A DNA stretch of 64,000 nucleotides from Hemiscyllium ocellatum (lineage: Eukaryota): contig NC_083419.1 in assembly GCF_020745735.1 (NCBI RefSeq), positions 37,036,085 through 37,100,084 on the forward strand, given 5' to 3'. The position numbers and the translations under genes were made by a program. The first letter of the stretch is position 1. The number at the start of each line of letters is the position of its first letter. The notes under the pieces are model-generated. The model worked only from the letters and a program-made list of their open reading frames with translations, searched no databases and was not told where the DNA came from. This document shows, in pieces, positions 12,446-25,098 of the stretch.

Positions 12446-14624
12446 TGAGGCATGAGCAAAATTATACAACATGTACAGTTTTGCATGTCAGGAATGGGGA
12501 AAAAGTGGTAGAATAGTCATGAATGAAACATGGGAAATAGATGACCTAATTGATTGTCTGACTGGCACTCAAGATCCAGTGGGATGAGAAACTAGGAATT
12601 GTCATGGAAGAGATCACATAGCCAACAATAATTGCAAAAAAGACAGCTCAAAAATTCACTGTGATGAGCAAAGATGAGGAAATAATTGTGTCATAATCAG
12701 AAAAAGGTGTGAAATCCCAAACAAAGTGGCTGTACAAAGAAATAGCAGATTCAGAGGATAGATCATAGAAATCATAGGAATACAAAGAGGTAGTTTTAGA
12801 ACTATGTTCTGAAGCTGTTTGTGTGGCTGCAGTGCTAGCATAACAAGAAAAGAGCCAACAGTGTATGATAAGCTTTTGCAAGACTTACTAACGATATCAC
12901 ATTGTGAAAATCCTAATTCACAACCAATGTCACTTAGATCCTCATTCACTTCATAGTCAACTACAACAAATTGAAAATTGAAACTGAAAAATTAGGTTCA
13001 TTTTTTTGTGCATGTTCTGTGTGCTCTTAGCGCTCCACTATGGCCTCCACAGCATTGTGACAGACATTGTATTGGTGTAAAAATTAGCTATAATTATGCA
13101 GGTCAGAGAAATAATGATGTCAAACACCATGCAACAATTTGAAGATTATTGCCCCAGTCAACTTCTTGCAACTCAACATTTGACTAGCAACAGGAAGAAT
13201 GTCCTCTCTGAAATTTGCCACATGCTGTGTTCACAACTGTAATGTCAGAGCAGGATAAAGAATATATTGTCAGTAGCAGTGAAGGTGACCTTTGTGAGAA
13301 GCTTCAATGCATCTGACTCCTTTTGGGCTAATGGTAAAGAAAAAGCATCTTACAGTTTGCATAAGAGAAGTCACTGAGACTGTCAACTTAATGATAGCTA
13401 ATTAAATATATATTTCATTCCCTGTTGCCAAAGATAAGCATCATGATTTGTTAGGATTATAAGCTTCCCCATGATGCAGGGTGTCACTTACTGACAGCAC
13501 AACACTGTGGACACTGCTTGTCAACTTTGCCCTAAACTAGAACAAAAATGAATTCCACAACCTCAGTGTCTATCAAGCATGTGACCATACATAGGCAGTG
13601 TAACATTCAGGTCAACATTTTATCGTCTGACAGTACCTATGAGGTCTTTATTCTGTATGAGTTTGCTGTGTAAGTTGCATTCAGCCAACATCTAAAACCA
13701 AAGGGTGGCTGCTAGATGATAAGAGCTATCCATGAGCCATTGACTTCTGTGCACAACCGACTCACACAGTGAAACCCATTCTGCCATATGAAATCTGATA
13801 GAACAACACAACAGAATGATGGAATATTAATTCTGTTACTTATAAGGACTGTACTCCCAGATGTTACAATTTCTCTCTCCTAAGTAAGTACCCAAGCAAT
13901 TGTAGTTGTTCTTTGGTGATCATTTACAGAAGTTCTTCTTACGTGCCTGCTTTTCCTCAAAGATTCCTCATTATCTGTGTGTGGTCCAAGTGATTCTTGT
14001 TAAATGTCTCAGAAACCACTACTATCTTGTTTATATTTCAACTTTCACATCCATATAGAAATGTTGAGAAGATGTAGTATCTTGGTCATCTCATTTTTCT
14101 ATGGAGGCGTTCATATTCTAAGAGGCCTCATGTTTAAATGTTTGATTTGCAAATGTTACATGTTTTCTGATGTCTTTATCTCTTTTTCCATCAAAATTAT
14201 TCAGCACCCAGATAAAAAAATTCAACTTGTTATGTTAATTTTGATTTCACTAATATTTTGCATCTGGATATACTTTTTTGTAGTTTAATGATAATCCATA
14301 TCTGTTATTATGACAATTTTATCTAGAAGTCTATAGACTTTACTTCATATTTGCTACAATTATTGTGTAAACTGTCTCTCTCAGATTATTTATATTCTTT
14401 CCAACTATTGAAATTCCTAACAATACCCTGGGTCAAAATCTTGGAATTCCCTCCTTGATGGCATTGTTGGTTTACGTACACCAAAGGGACTGTAGTGTTT
14501 AAGAAGTCAGCTCACCACCGATCTTACAACGGCAATTAACGATTGGCAATAAATGCTGGCCCAGCCAGAGACTTTCCATAAATGAATTTTAAAAAACTCC
14601 TATACATGCTCTGTAGTCATTTCA

Positions 14625-15150
14625 TAAGACTTTAAGAACTAGGGGCAGAAGTAGGCAATTCAGCCCCTTGAGCCTTAATACAATCATGGCTGATCTCATC
14701 TTGGCCTCAACTCCACTTTGTTGCCCACTCTCCGTCACCCTTCAACCCATTACTGATTAAAAATCTGGTGTGTTCTCCTTAAATTTACTCCATGTCCCAG
14801 TCACACTCTAGAGTCCATAAATCTATGACCCTTAGAGAAGTAACTTTTCCTCATCTGTTTTAAATCAACTACCCGTTATCCTAAAAGTATGACCTCTTAT
14901 TCTAGATTGCTCACATGAAGAAACATCCTTTCTATGTCCACTTTGTAAATCTCCTTTAGCCTCTTATATCCTTCAATTAGATCTCTTCTCATTCTTCTAA
15001 ACTCCACAAAATATAGGCCTGAACTGCACAATCTCTCTTAATAAGACAAACCCCTTACCTCTGGATTCAATTTCATGAATACCCTCTGAACTGCCTTCAA
15101 TGCAAATACATCTCTTCTTAAGTAATGGGATTGATATTGTTCACAATTTC
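14625..15150 (-). mobile_element. CR1 3' end fragment
   Basis: Antisense CR1 3' UTR (taagaactaggggcagaagtaggc...tcatggctgatct). Confidence 0.75.
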
Positions 15151-15737
15151 AATGTAAAGATTGGGAAATTCTGGAAACAGAAAACAACCTTGTCCAAATT
15201 TTAGTTATCCATTCTCTGCATTAATTATTTATTCTGACTGTTGCTGTTTGGTCACTGTACAAGTATTGAAGCAGACCTTAATCTTCAATGTCAAAAAACA
15301 TATATTCTAATAGAAAATGGGTGCAAAGAATTAGGATCTTATTGCAAGGATTCATTGTAATTAAAAATAAAACTGCACATTTTGCGATAGAAGCTAATTT
15401 TTTTCTTTGACCAAACTCTAATTTTCCAAAGACACTTGTAACTAACAGCACAGGCAGCTATGAAGATTCACTGCCTGATCAGTCAGCTGTACAGGTTTAC
15501 TGTTCCTTTTTTCACCTACCATGTGGAATCTGCTCTTTCACTTCATCCCATTTTAAAAGTAACTTTGTTTCGATTTTTTTTTTACCAAAGTTCCAAAACA
15601 ACACAACAGCTTATAAAACAGTAATTGCTGCTTCAAGAATTTGAAGAAATCATCTCCAACACAGGACAAAAAAACCTTGAAAAAAAGGAGCAGCTCCTAC
15701 AGTCACAATTTAGTCCCATCCCCCTCTTGGATAACAA

Positions 15738-16245
15738 GAGGAAAAGACATTGTGAAACTTGAAAGGGTTCAGAAAAGATTTACATGGATATTGCCAAAGT
15801 TGGAGAGTTTGAGCCACAGGGAGAGGCTGAATAGGCTGGGGCTATTTTCCCTGGAGTGTCAGAGGCTTATAGAACTTTATAAAATCATGAGGGGCTTGGG
15901 TAGGGTGAACAGCCAAAGTTTTTTCCCCAGGGTAGGGAAAATCAAAATTAGAGGGCATAGATTTCAGGTAAGCAGGGAGAGATTTGAAAGCGACTTAAAG
16001 GGCAATTTATTCACACAGAGGGTGGTACGTGTATGGAATGAGCTGCCAGAGGAAGTGGTGGAGGTTGGTACAATCATAACATTTAAAAGACATTTGAACT
16101 AGTATATGAATAGGAAGGGTTTAGAGGGATATGGGCCAAATGTAGGCAAATTGCACTCGATTAATTTAAAGATTTCTGGTCGGCGTGGACGAGTTGGACC
16201 GAAGGGTCTGTTTACATGCTGTACAGCTCTATGACAATGACGCTA
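15738..16245 (+). mobile_element. CR1/HER1 3' end fragment
   Basis: KDIVKLERVQKRFT...LFSLE...FTQRVVRVWNELPEEVV, followed by the 3' UTR and ctctatgac tail. Confidence 0.92.
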
Positions 16246-17165
16246 TAATATTCCACTTGTACGTCACATTATTTTAATCTCTGTCCCCATTTACAGAAAG
16301 TAGTAGCTCAAACTGAGTAATGTTATACAGATGTTGGCAGCTTTTTTGTAACACACTGGCTTACCAAGCTTTCTTCCAGCTGGAGCAGAAAGAAAAGCAA
16401 GTGATCTTATTCTGACCTTCATGCACATGTACAACCTTCAACAGACTATCATTACTTTGAAGATTGAAACTGGACAGTAAATGATATGGAAAATATAATA
16501 CTAACATTAGATTTCACTGTGATGGTCAACAGGGAATAACACTGGAACAGCACAAGCACAGAGTGGCGTACTGCCTAAGTTGATCCATGTCATATTCAAG
16601 CAGCAGGGCATACGATAAGTCAATCCACATTGACAGGAATGTAAAAAAGTTCCCATTTGGAAAATAAAGAATCTGCAACTTGCATCACAAAAGTAAAACA
16701 TTTTATTAGGAAATGTATGTATTTATGATGACAAGTTTTAAGAAGTATTATTTAAGTGGGCTTCATTTTGCATGAGGATATAATCAAATTGATTTATTAA
16801 ACATTTCCAAAAGCATTATTTAGCCCCTCATATTTTGATTCACAGGAATATGTTACAAACAACAATAATGCTAACATATTTAACCAGTCTTGAACTCATA
16901 CACATTAAGATAGAATTTGTATTTCAGTTACACTAATTTAGAAAGTTTATCTTTTACAAATATAAATGTGTTAATTAACTATTTACCATCCTAATGCTGG
17001 ATCAGAGTATGAAGGAAAGAGTTTAATGGGCAGGTTTAGGAATATCTAACTAAATATCGCTTAATATTAAGACTAACTTCAGTATGAGAAGCAGCTCAAT
17101 AATAAACTTCACAATAATGTATAAACCTTTAATGTAACAAACATTGTGTTTTCTCTTTAAAAAAG

Positions 17166-17358
17166 GTTTCCACTGCAAAACAAAGAAAGACTTAACAAAT
17201 GGATCAAAAACATGAAACATGACAACTGGTTCCCCACAAAGCATCAATGCATATGTAGTGAACATTTTACTGCAGATTCATTTGAATGGCGCTGGGGTAT
17301 CCGTTATTTGAAGCCACAGGCTGTACCAACTGTTTTCCCATTTTCAAGTCATCAGCAG
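17166..17358 (+). CDS. THAP5: THAP5 exon 2 (rest of the C2CH THAP zinc finger and AVPTxF box)
   Basis: Acceptor aaag|G; FPLQNKERLNKWIKNMKHDNWFPTKHQCICSEHFTADSFEWRWGIRYLKPQAVPTVF; donor CAG|GTAAGA; phases consistent. Confidence 0.96.
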
Positions 17359-17453
17359 GTAAGATTAACTCTGACTTTTAAGTGGGTTTGGGACATTATA
17401 ATGCAATAAATGACCATGTTATCAATTCAAGACCCCAAAACTTTATCTTTCAG

Positions 17454-18008
17454 AAGAAGAAACTGTGTTCTCGATATATTCGTAGGAAAAATAATTTTCC
17501 AAAAGAACCATCAGAAACAAATCCCCAAAACTTTGGACCTGCTGCAACAAATGAAGTAACAACCAGAGAAAGACTAGAATCATCAGTTCCTAATGCAGAG
17601 TGTGATGAGCAATCCCAAAGGAATTCAGAACTTAACACTGCATCTGACTCCCTTGGAAATCCAGAACAATCTTTTGACACCACATTAGCTGAATCCTTCA
17701 TAACAATAAAAGAGCTTGAAACAAACAAATTGTTCAATGATCAGCAACCCTTTGTCACTGAAAACGTTCTACAAGTTGAGCATTCATATTGTAGACAGGA
17801 TACTGGCAAGGCCCAGCTCTGGGAAAAGATTTTCAGATTACAGAAGAAGATAAAAATACTTCAGCAACAAGAGCAGAGGACTGCAGCAAAGCTTAAAAAA
17901 ATGGAACAACTGATTGAGCATCTGAGAAAAGAAGATCTTACTTCTGAAGAAAAAATGAAGGTTATGGAAAACTGTTTGACCACATTTGAGTTAACTGTGT
18001 TACAATAA
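17454..18008 (+). CDS. THAP5: THAP5 exon 3 (HCF-1-binding motif EHSY and C-terminal coiled coil)
   Basis: Acceptor ctttatctttcag| after a 95-nt intron; in frame with ORF 17382-18008; VEHSYCRQD followed by LWEKIFRLQKKIKILQQQEQRT coiled coil. Confidence 0.93.
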   Translation, partial: KKKLCSRYIRRKNNFPKEPSETNPQNFGPAATNEVTTRERLESSVPNAECDEQSQRNSELNTASDSLGNPEQSFDTTLAESFITIKELETNKLFNDQQPFVTENVLQVEHSYCRQDTGKAQLWEKIFRLQKKIKILQQQEQRTAAKLKKMEQLIEHLRKEDLTSEEKMKVMENCLTTFELTVLQ

Positions 18009-18023
18009 ATATCCTTTGTGATT

Positions 18024-21000
18024 ATAGAGTCATAGGGATGTACAGCATGCAAACAGACCTTTTGGTCCAACCCGTCCATGCTGACCAGATATCCCAACCC
18101 AATCTAGTCCCACCTACCAGCACCTGACCCTTATCCCTCCAAATCCTTCCTATTCATATACCCATCCAAATGCCTCTTAAATGTTGCAATTGTACCAGCC
18201 TCTACCACATCCTCTGGCAGCTCATTCCATACATGTACCACCCTCTGCTTGAAAAAGTTGCCCCTTAGGTCTCTTTTATATCTTTCCCCTCTCCCCTCTC
18301 TGGACTCCCCAACCCCAGGGAAAAGACTTTGCCTATTTATCCTATCCATGCCCCTCATAATTTTGTAAACCTCTATAAGGTCACCCCTCAGCCTCCAACA
18401 CTCCAGGGAAAACAGCCCCAGCCTGTTCACCCCCTCTCTGCAGCTCAGATCCTCCAACCTTGGCAACATCCTTGTAAATCTTTTCTGAATCCTTTCAAGT
18501 TTTACAACATCTTTCCGATAGGAAGGAGACCAGAATTGCACGCAGTATTCCAACAGTGGCCTAACCAATGTCCTGTACAGCCGCAACATGACCTCCCAAC
18601 TCCTGTACTCAATACTCGGACCAATAAAGGAAAGCATACCAAACACCTTCTTCACTATCCTATCTACCTGTGACTCTACTTTCAAGGAGCTATGAACTTG
18701 CACTCCTAGGTCTCTTTGTTCAGCAACACTCCCAAGGACCTTCGCAGGACATATACACTTAATGGTAAGATTTGCTTTCCCAAAATGCAGCACCTCACAT
18801 TTATCTGAATTAATCTCCAACTGTCACTTCTCAGCCCATTGGCCCATCTGGTCAAGATCCTGTTGTAATCTGAGGTAACTCTCTTCGCTGTCCACTACAT
18901 CTCCAATTTTGGTGTCATCTACAAACTTACTAACTGTACCTCTTATGCTCGCATCTAAATCATTTATGTAAATGACAAAAGGTAGAGGGCCCAGCACCGA
19001 TCCTTGTGGCAGTCCACTGGTCACAGGCCTCTACCACCACCCTCTGTCTTCAACGTTTCAGCCAGTTCTGTATCCAAATGGCTAGTTCTCCCTGTATTCC
19101 ATGAGATCTAACCTGGCTAATCCTACTGAAGTCCATATAGATCACATCTACTGCTTTGCCCTCATCAATCTTCTTTGTTACTTCTTCAAAAATACTCAAT
19201 CAAGTTTGTGAGATATGATTTCCCACGCACAAAGCCATGTCGACTATCCCTAATCAGTCCTTGCCTTTCCAAATACATGTACATCCTGTCCCTCAGGATT
19301 CCCTCCAACAACTTGCCCACCACCGAGGTCAGGCTCACTGGTCTGTAGTTCCCTGGCTTGTCTTTACCACCCTTCTTAAACAGTGGCACCACGTTTGCCA
19401 ACCTCCAGTCTTCCGGCACCTCACATGTGACTATGGTTGATACAAATATCTCAGTAAGAGGACCAGCAATCACTTCCCTAGCTTCCCACAGAGTTCTCAT
19501 GTACACCTGATCAGGTCCTGGGGATTTATCCACCTTTAACCGTTTCAAGACATCCAGCACTTCCTCCTCTGTAATCTGGACATTTTGCAAGATTTCACCA
19601 TCTATTTCCCTACAGTCTATATCTTCCATATCCTTTTCCACAGTAAATACTGATGCAAAATATTCATTCAGTATCTCCCCCATTTTCTGTGGCTCCACAC
19701 AAAGGCCACTTTGCCGATCTTTGAGGGGCCCTATTCTTCCCTCGTTACCCTTTTGTCCTTAATATATTTGTAAAAACCCTTTGGATTCTCCTTAATTCTA
19801 TTTGCCAAAGCTATCTCACGTTCCCATTTTGCCCTCCTGATTTCCCTCTTAACTATACTCCTACTTTCTTTATACTCTTCTAAGGATTCACTCGATCTAT
19901 CCTGTCTATACCTGACATACGCTTCCTTCTTTTTCTTAACCAAACTCTCAATTCCTTTAGTCATCCAGTATTCTCTATAGTTACCAGCCTTCCCTTTCAC
20001 CCTAACAGGAATATACTTTCTCTGGATTCTTGTTATCTCATTTCTGAAGGCTTCCCATTTTCCTGCCGTCCCTTTACCTGCGAACATCTGCCTCCAATCA
20101 GCTTTTGAAAGTTCTTGGCTAATATTGTCAAAATTGGCCTTTCTCCAATTTAGAGCTTCAACTTTTAGATCTGGTCTATCCTCTTCCATCACTATTTTAA
20201 AATGAATAGAATTATGGTCATTGGTCCCAAAGTGCTCACCCACTGACACCTCAGTCACCTGACCTGCCTTATTTCCCAAGAGTAGGTCAAGTTTTGCACC
20301 TTCTCTAGTAGGGGTACATCCACACACTGAATCAGAAAATTGTCTTGTACACATTTAAGAAATTCCTCTCCATCTAAACTTTTAACACTATGGCAGTCCC
20401 AGTTGATGTTTGGAAAGTTAAAATCCCCTACCATAACCACCCTATTATTCTTACAGACAGCTGAGATCTCCTGACAAGTTCGTTTCTCAATTTCCCTCTG
20501 ACTATTGGGGGGGTCTATAATACAATCCCAATAAGGTGATCATCCCTTTCTTAATTTCTCAGTTCCATCCAAATAACTTCCCTGAATGTATTTCCGGGAA
20601 TATCCTCCCTTAGCACAGCTGTAATGCTATCCCTTATCAAAAATGCCACTCCCCCTCCTCTTTTGCCTCCCTTTCTATCTTTCCTGTAGCATTTGTATCC
20701 TGGAACATTCAGCTGCCAGTCCTGCCCATCCCTGAGCCATGGTTCCGTAATTGCTATGATATACCAGTCCCATGTTCCTAACCATGCCCTGAGTTCATCT
20801 GCCTTCCCTGTTAGGCCCCTTGCATTGAAATAAATGCAGTTTAATTTATTAGTCCTACCTTGTCCCTGACTGTTTGACTCACCTTCTGTTCTCAACTGTA
20901 CCCGTCTCAGATCGATCTCTTTCCTCACTATCTTCCTGGGTCTCACCCCTCCCCCCCACCTTACTACTTTAAATCCTCCCAAGCAGTTCTAGCAAATTTC

Positions 21001-21048
21001 CCTGCCAGTATATTAGTCCCCTTCCAATTTAGGTGCAATCCGTCCTTC
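18024..21048 (-). mobile_element. CR1/HER1 LINE, about 3 kb, nearly complete but frameshifted ORF2 (APE and RT), immediately downstream of the THAP5 stop
   Basis: ORF fragments with YFNARGL, MGDFNFP, KSPGPD, NYRPVSLTS, SGLPQGSVLGP, KFVDDTK, FFKQRVVHVWNELP; CTATGACT-type tail at 18024. Confidence 0.95.
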
Positions 21049-21251
21049 TGAAAACCTATCTTAAAAATGTATACCTTTCACAATCTTCAAAATATTTCTG
21101 GGTCTTGCTGTTAAATTATTCAATAAGGAAATTAATTTGAAGGTAGAAGTGTACATTAACTACTTGTTCAATCTAAAGGGAACATGAATAACTTGAATCC
21201 TTATTGGAATAACTGCAGACATCATGTCCCCAGTGATTTAGCTAAGTACGC

Positions 21252-21710
21252 CATGATATGGTGGTGCCAGTGTTGGACTGGAGTGGACAAAGTCAAAAGT
21301 CACATGACACTAGATTATAGGAGAAAGTTAGGACTGCAGATGCTGGAGATCAGAGTCAAAATCTGGTGCTGGAAAAGCACAGCTGGACAGGCAACATCTG
21401 AGGAGCAGCAGAGTTAGTGTTTTGAGCATCAGCTCAAAGCTTCGAGCATAACACACTCGTGATGAAGAGCTTATGCCTAAAACATCGATTCTCTGGCTCC
21501 TTGGATGCTGCCTGACCGGCTGTGCTTTCCCAGTACCACACTTTTTGACAGTACATTATAAACCAACAGGTTTATTTAAAATCATAAGATTTTGGAGCGC
21601 TGCTCCGTCATCAGGTGAAGCCACTTCATCTGATGAAGGACCAGTACTCTGAAAGCTCATGACTTCAAATAGACCTGTTGGATTATAATCTGGTGTTGTG
21701 TGACTTCAAG
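21252..21710. mobile_element. Family B Penelope-type fold-back element with a nested family A fold-back (about 21320-21548)
   Basis: Inverted arms around 21620 with CTGATGA/GAAA motifs; the inner element has inverted gctggaaaagcacag / ctgtgctttcccag. Confidence 0.75.
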
Positions 21711-24283
21711 TAAGATCTCCTGTTGTTTTATGACCCTCATCCTTTCATTCTGACAGGTCTTTTATTCTCTCATGGCATGTGGGTGGCAGTGGTTGGGCAG
21801 CATTTATTGCCCATTCCTAATTTCCCAGAGAGCAAGTTGAGTCAAAGGCCTGGAGTCACATGTAGGCCAGATCAAGTAAAGATGGCAGATTTTCTTGCTT
21901 ATTGGATGTTAGTGAACCAGATTTTGGTTTTTTTTGACAATTGAGAACAGTTACATGTTTGCCATTGGGCTTGCTTGATGATTCCATAGTTTTTTAAAAA
22001 CTTGAATTCAAATTAATATTTCATCTGCCATGGTGCAATTCAAAACCATAATGCCATAAGATATAAAAGCAGAATTAAGCCATTCAGCCCACTGAGGTCT
22101 GCTCGACCATTCAATCATGGCTGATATGTTTCTCAACCCCATTCTCCTGCTTTCTACCTGTAATTTTTTATCCTTTTACGAATCAAGAACATATCCATCT
22201 CTGTTTTAAATGCACTTAGTGACTTGGCATCCAGAGCCTTCTGTGGCAAAGGGTTCCATAAATTCACCACTCTCTGGCTGAAGACATTCCTCCTTATCTC
22301 AGTTCTAAAGGGGCATAAGATCACCCCGCATACATAAGAACTAGGAGCAAGAGTAGGCCACCTGGCCCTTCGAGCCTGCTCTGCCATTCAATAAGATCAT
22401 GGCAGATCTTTTCGTGGACTCAGCTCCACTTACCCGCCCTCTCACCATATCGCTTATTTCCTTTATTGTTAAAAAAAACTATCTTAGCTTTAAAAAGGTT
22501 TACTCAAGTGACGTCAGTACTTCATTGGGCAGTGAATTTCACAGATTTACAACCCTCTGGGTGAAGAAGTTCCTTCTCAGTTCACTCCTAAATGTGCTCC
22601 CCTAATTTTCAGGCTATGCCCTCTTGTCCTAGTTTCACCTGCCAGTGGAAACATCCTCTCTACTTCTATTTTATCTATTCCCTTCATAATTTTATATGTT
22701 TCTATAAGAATTCCCCCCCATTCTTATAAATTCCAATGACTAAAATCCCAGTCTACTCAGCCTCTTCTCATAAGCCTACCCTCTCAACTCCAGAATCAAC
22801 CTAGTGAACCACCTCTGCACCCTTTCTAGTGCCAGATTATCATTTATCAAGTAAAGACACCAAAACTGCACGCAGTACTCCAGGTGTGGCCTCGCCAGCA
22901 CCTTGTACAGCTGCAACATAACGTCCCTGCTTTTAAACTCAATCCCTTCAGCAATGAAGGACAAAGTTCTATTTGCCTTCCTAATTACTTGTTGGACCTG
23001 CAGACCAACTGTCTGTGATTCATTCACAAGGACCCCAGGTCCCTCTGCAAAGCAGCATGCTGCAACTTTTTTCCATTCAAGTAATAATCCTTTTTACTGT
23101 TACTCTTATCAAAATGAATGACTTCACACTTCTGAACATTTTATTCCCATCTGCCAGATCTTTGCCCACTCGCTTCAAGTATCTATGTTTGCCTGTAAAG
23201 TTTCACAGTCCTCTGCACACTTTGCTGTGCCACTCATCTTAGTGTCATCTGCAAACTTTGACACATTACACAAGGTCTCCAACTCCAAATCATCAAATAC
23301 ATTGTGAATAATTGTGGTCCCAACACATCCCTGAAGCACAGCATTAGTTACTGATTGCCAACCAGAATAGCACTCATTTATCACCACTCTTTGCTTTCTG
23401 TTAGTCAACCAATCTTCTATTCATGCTAATACTTTACTTATTGAAAGCCTTTGGAAATTTAGGTTCATCACCTCCCCGGGTCCCTATTGTCCACCTTGCT
23501 TGTAATGTCTTCATAGAATTGCAAAAGATTTGTTAAGCATGACCTGTCCTTCATGAACTCATGCTGTGTTGCCCAATGGGACAATTTCTGTCTAGATGCC
23601 TTGTTATTTGTTTCCTTGATAACAGACTCAACCATCTTCCCCACTAGCTAACCAGTCTATAATTCCCCATCTTTTGTCTACTTCCCTTTTTAAACAATGG
23701 CGTCACATTTGCTATTTTCCAATCTGCGGGAACTGCCCCAGAGTCCAGTGAAGTTTGGAAAATTACCACCAGTGCACTTGCTATTTCCCCCACCATCTCT
23801 TTCAGTACCCTGGGATGCATTCCATCAGGGCCAGGAGACCTGTCCATCCTTGGCTCCATTAGCTTGCCCAACACAGCTTCTTACATAATAAGGATTGTTT
23901 CCAGGTCCTCACCTGCCTTTGTCTCTTTGTCAATTTCTGGCAAGTTATTACTATTCTCCACTGTGAGGACCAACGCAAAATACCTGTTCAATGCCTCGGC
24001 CATTTTATCATATCCAATAACTAAATGTCCCTTCTCATCCTCTAAAGGATCAATGTTTACTTTAGCCACTCTTTTTTGTTTTGTATATTTATAGAAACCT
24101 TTGCTATCTGTCTTTATATTCTGTGCTAGTTTTTTTTTCTCAAGTTATTTCTTACTTTTCTTTATAGCTCTTTTTTTTGTGGCTTTCTGTTGACCTTTAA
24201 AGTTTTCCCAATCTTCTAGTTTCTTGCTGTTTTTGGCCACTGTGTATGCTTTCTCTTTCATTTTGATAGACTCCTTTATTTCC

Positions 24284-24317
24284 TTCCTGATGAAGGGCTT
24301 ATGCCCGAAACGTCGAA
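24284..24317 (+). ncRNA. Minimal type I hammerhead ribozyme motif (family A)
   Basis: ttc-CTGATGA-a-GGGC ttat GCCC-GAAA-C-GTC-gaa: intact core, 4-bp stem II, palindromic ACGT stem III, GUC triplet, stem I ttc/gaa. Confidence 0.72.
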
Positions 24318-24410
24318 TTTCCTGTTCCTTGGATGCTGCCTGACCTGCTGCGCTTTTCCAGCAACACATTTTCAGCTCTGATCTCCAGCATCTGCAGACC
24401 TCACTTACTT
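24286..24410 (+). mobile_element. 125-bp Penelope-type insertion (family A) that starts with a hammerhead motif; 15-bp TSD
   Basis: Perfect duplication CTCCTTTATTTCCTT at 24271-24285 and 24411-24425. Confidence 0.88.
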
Positions 24411-25098
24411 CTCCTTTATTTCCTTAGACATCCATGGCAGATTACCCCTGAACTTACAGTCATTCTTTTTCCATGGGATATACTTTTGCTGAGCACTTTG
24501 AAAAATTGCTTTGAAAGTCCTCCACTGCTCATCAACTGTCCCACCATAAAATCTTTGTTTCCAGTCTACATTAGCCAAGTCCTCCCTCATTCAATCATAG
24601 TCTCCCTTGTATGACCCTGGTATGGGATTTTATTTTCACACTCTCCATCTGTATTCCAAATTCAACCATACTGTGATTGCTCCTTTCAAGAGGATCTCTA
24701 ACAATGAGGTCATTCATTATTCCTGTCACATTACACAGGACCAGATCTAGGATAGCTTGTTCCCTTGTCGGTTCCATTACATACTGTTCAAGAAAACTAT
24801 CACAGATACACTCAACTAACTCCTCCTCAAGGCTACCCTGACCAAGCTGGTTCGACCAATCTACATGTAGATTAAAATTCCGCAAGATAATTGCCGTACC
24901 ATTTTTACAGGCATTAGTTATTTCTTAGTTTATTGCCCGCCCCAATGTGATATTATTTGGTGGACTATCAGTGTCTTTCTTCTTAGAATTTCTAATTTCC
25001 ACCCAAATGGATTCAACCTTATTCTCTACAGAACCTATATCATCTCTCAGCACTGCCCTGATGCCATCCTTGAATATCAGAGCTAACCACCTCCCTTA

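Larger units (their letters stand above)
22330..25098 (-). mobile_element. CR1 LINE ORF2 (second CR1 family), decayed; a further CR1 3' end lies at about 22055-22315
   Basis: ORF fragments RSPGPDGMHPRVLKE, DWKIANVTPLFKKG, KFADDTK, RPHLEYCVQFW, EPTREQAILDLVLCN. Confidence 0.93.

Noticed and set aside
12460-12881. GPCR (vasotocin V2-like) pseudogene
   Set aside because: Only a vague IN*VIY resemblance to NPxxY; no DRY, CWxP or other diagnostic motifs. Kept only as an unclassified low-interest segment
17382-17453. N-terminus of the 208-aa ORF as a separate gene
   Set aside because: It lies in or overlaps THAP5 intron 2; the ORF is THAP5 exon 3
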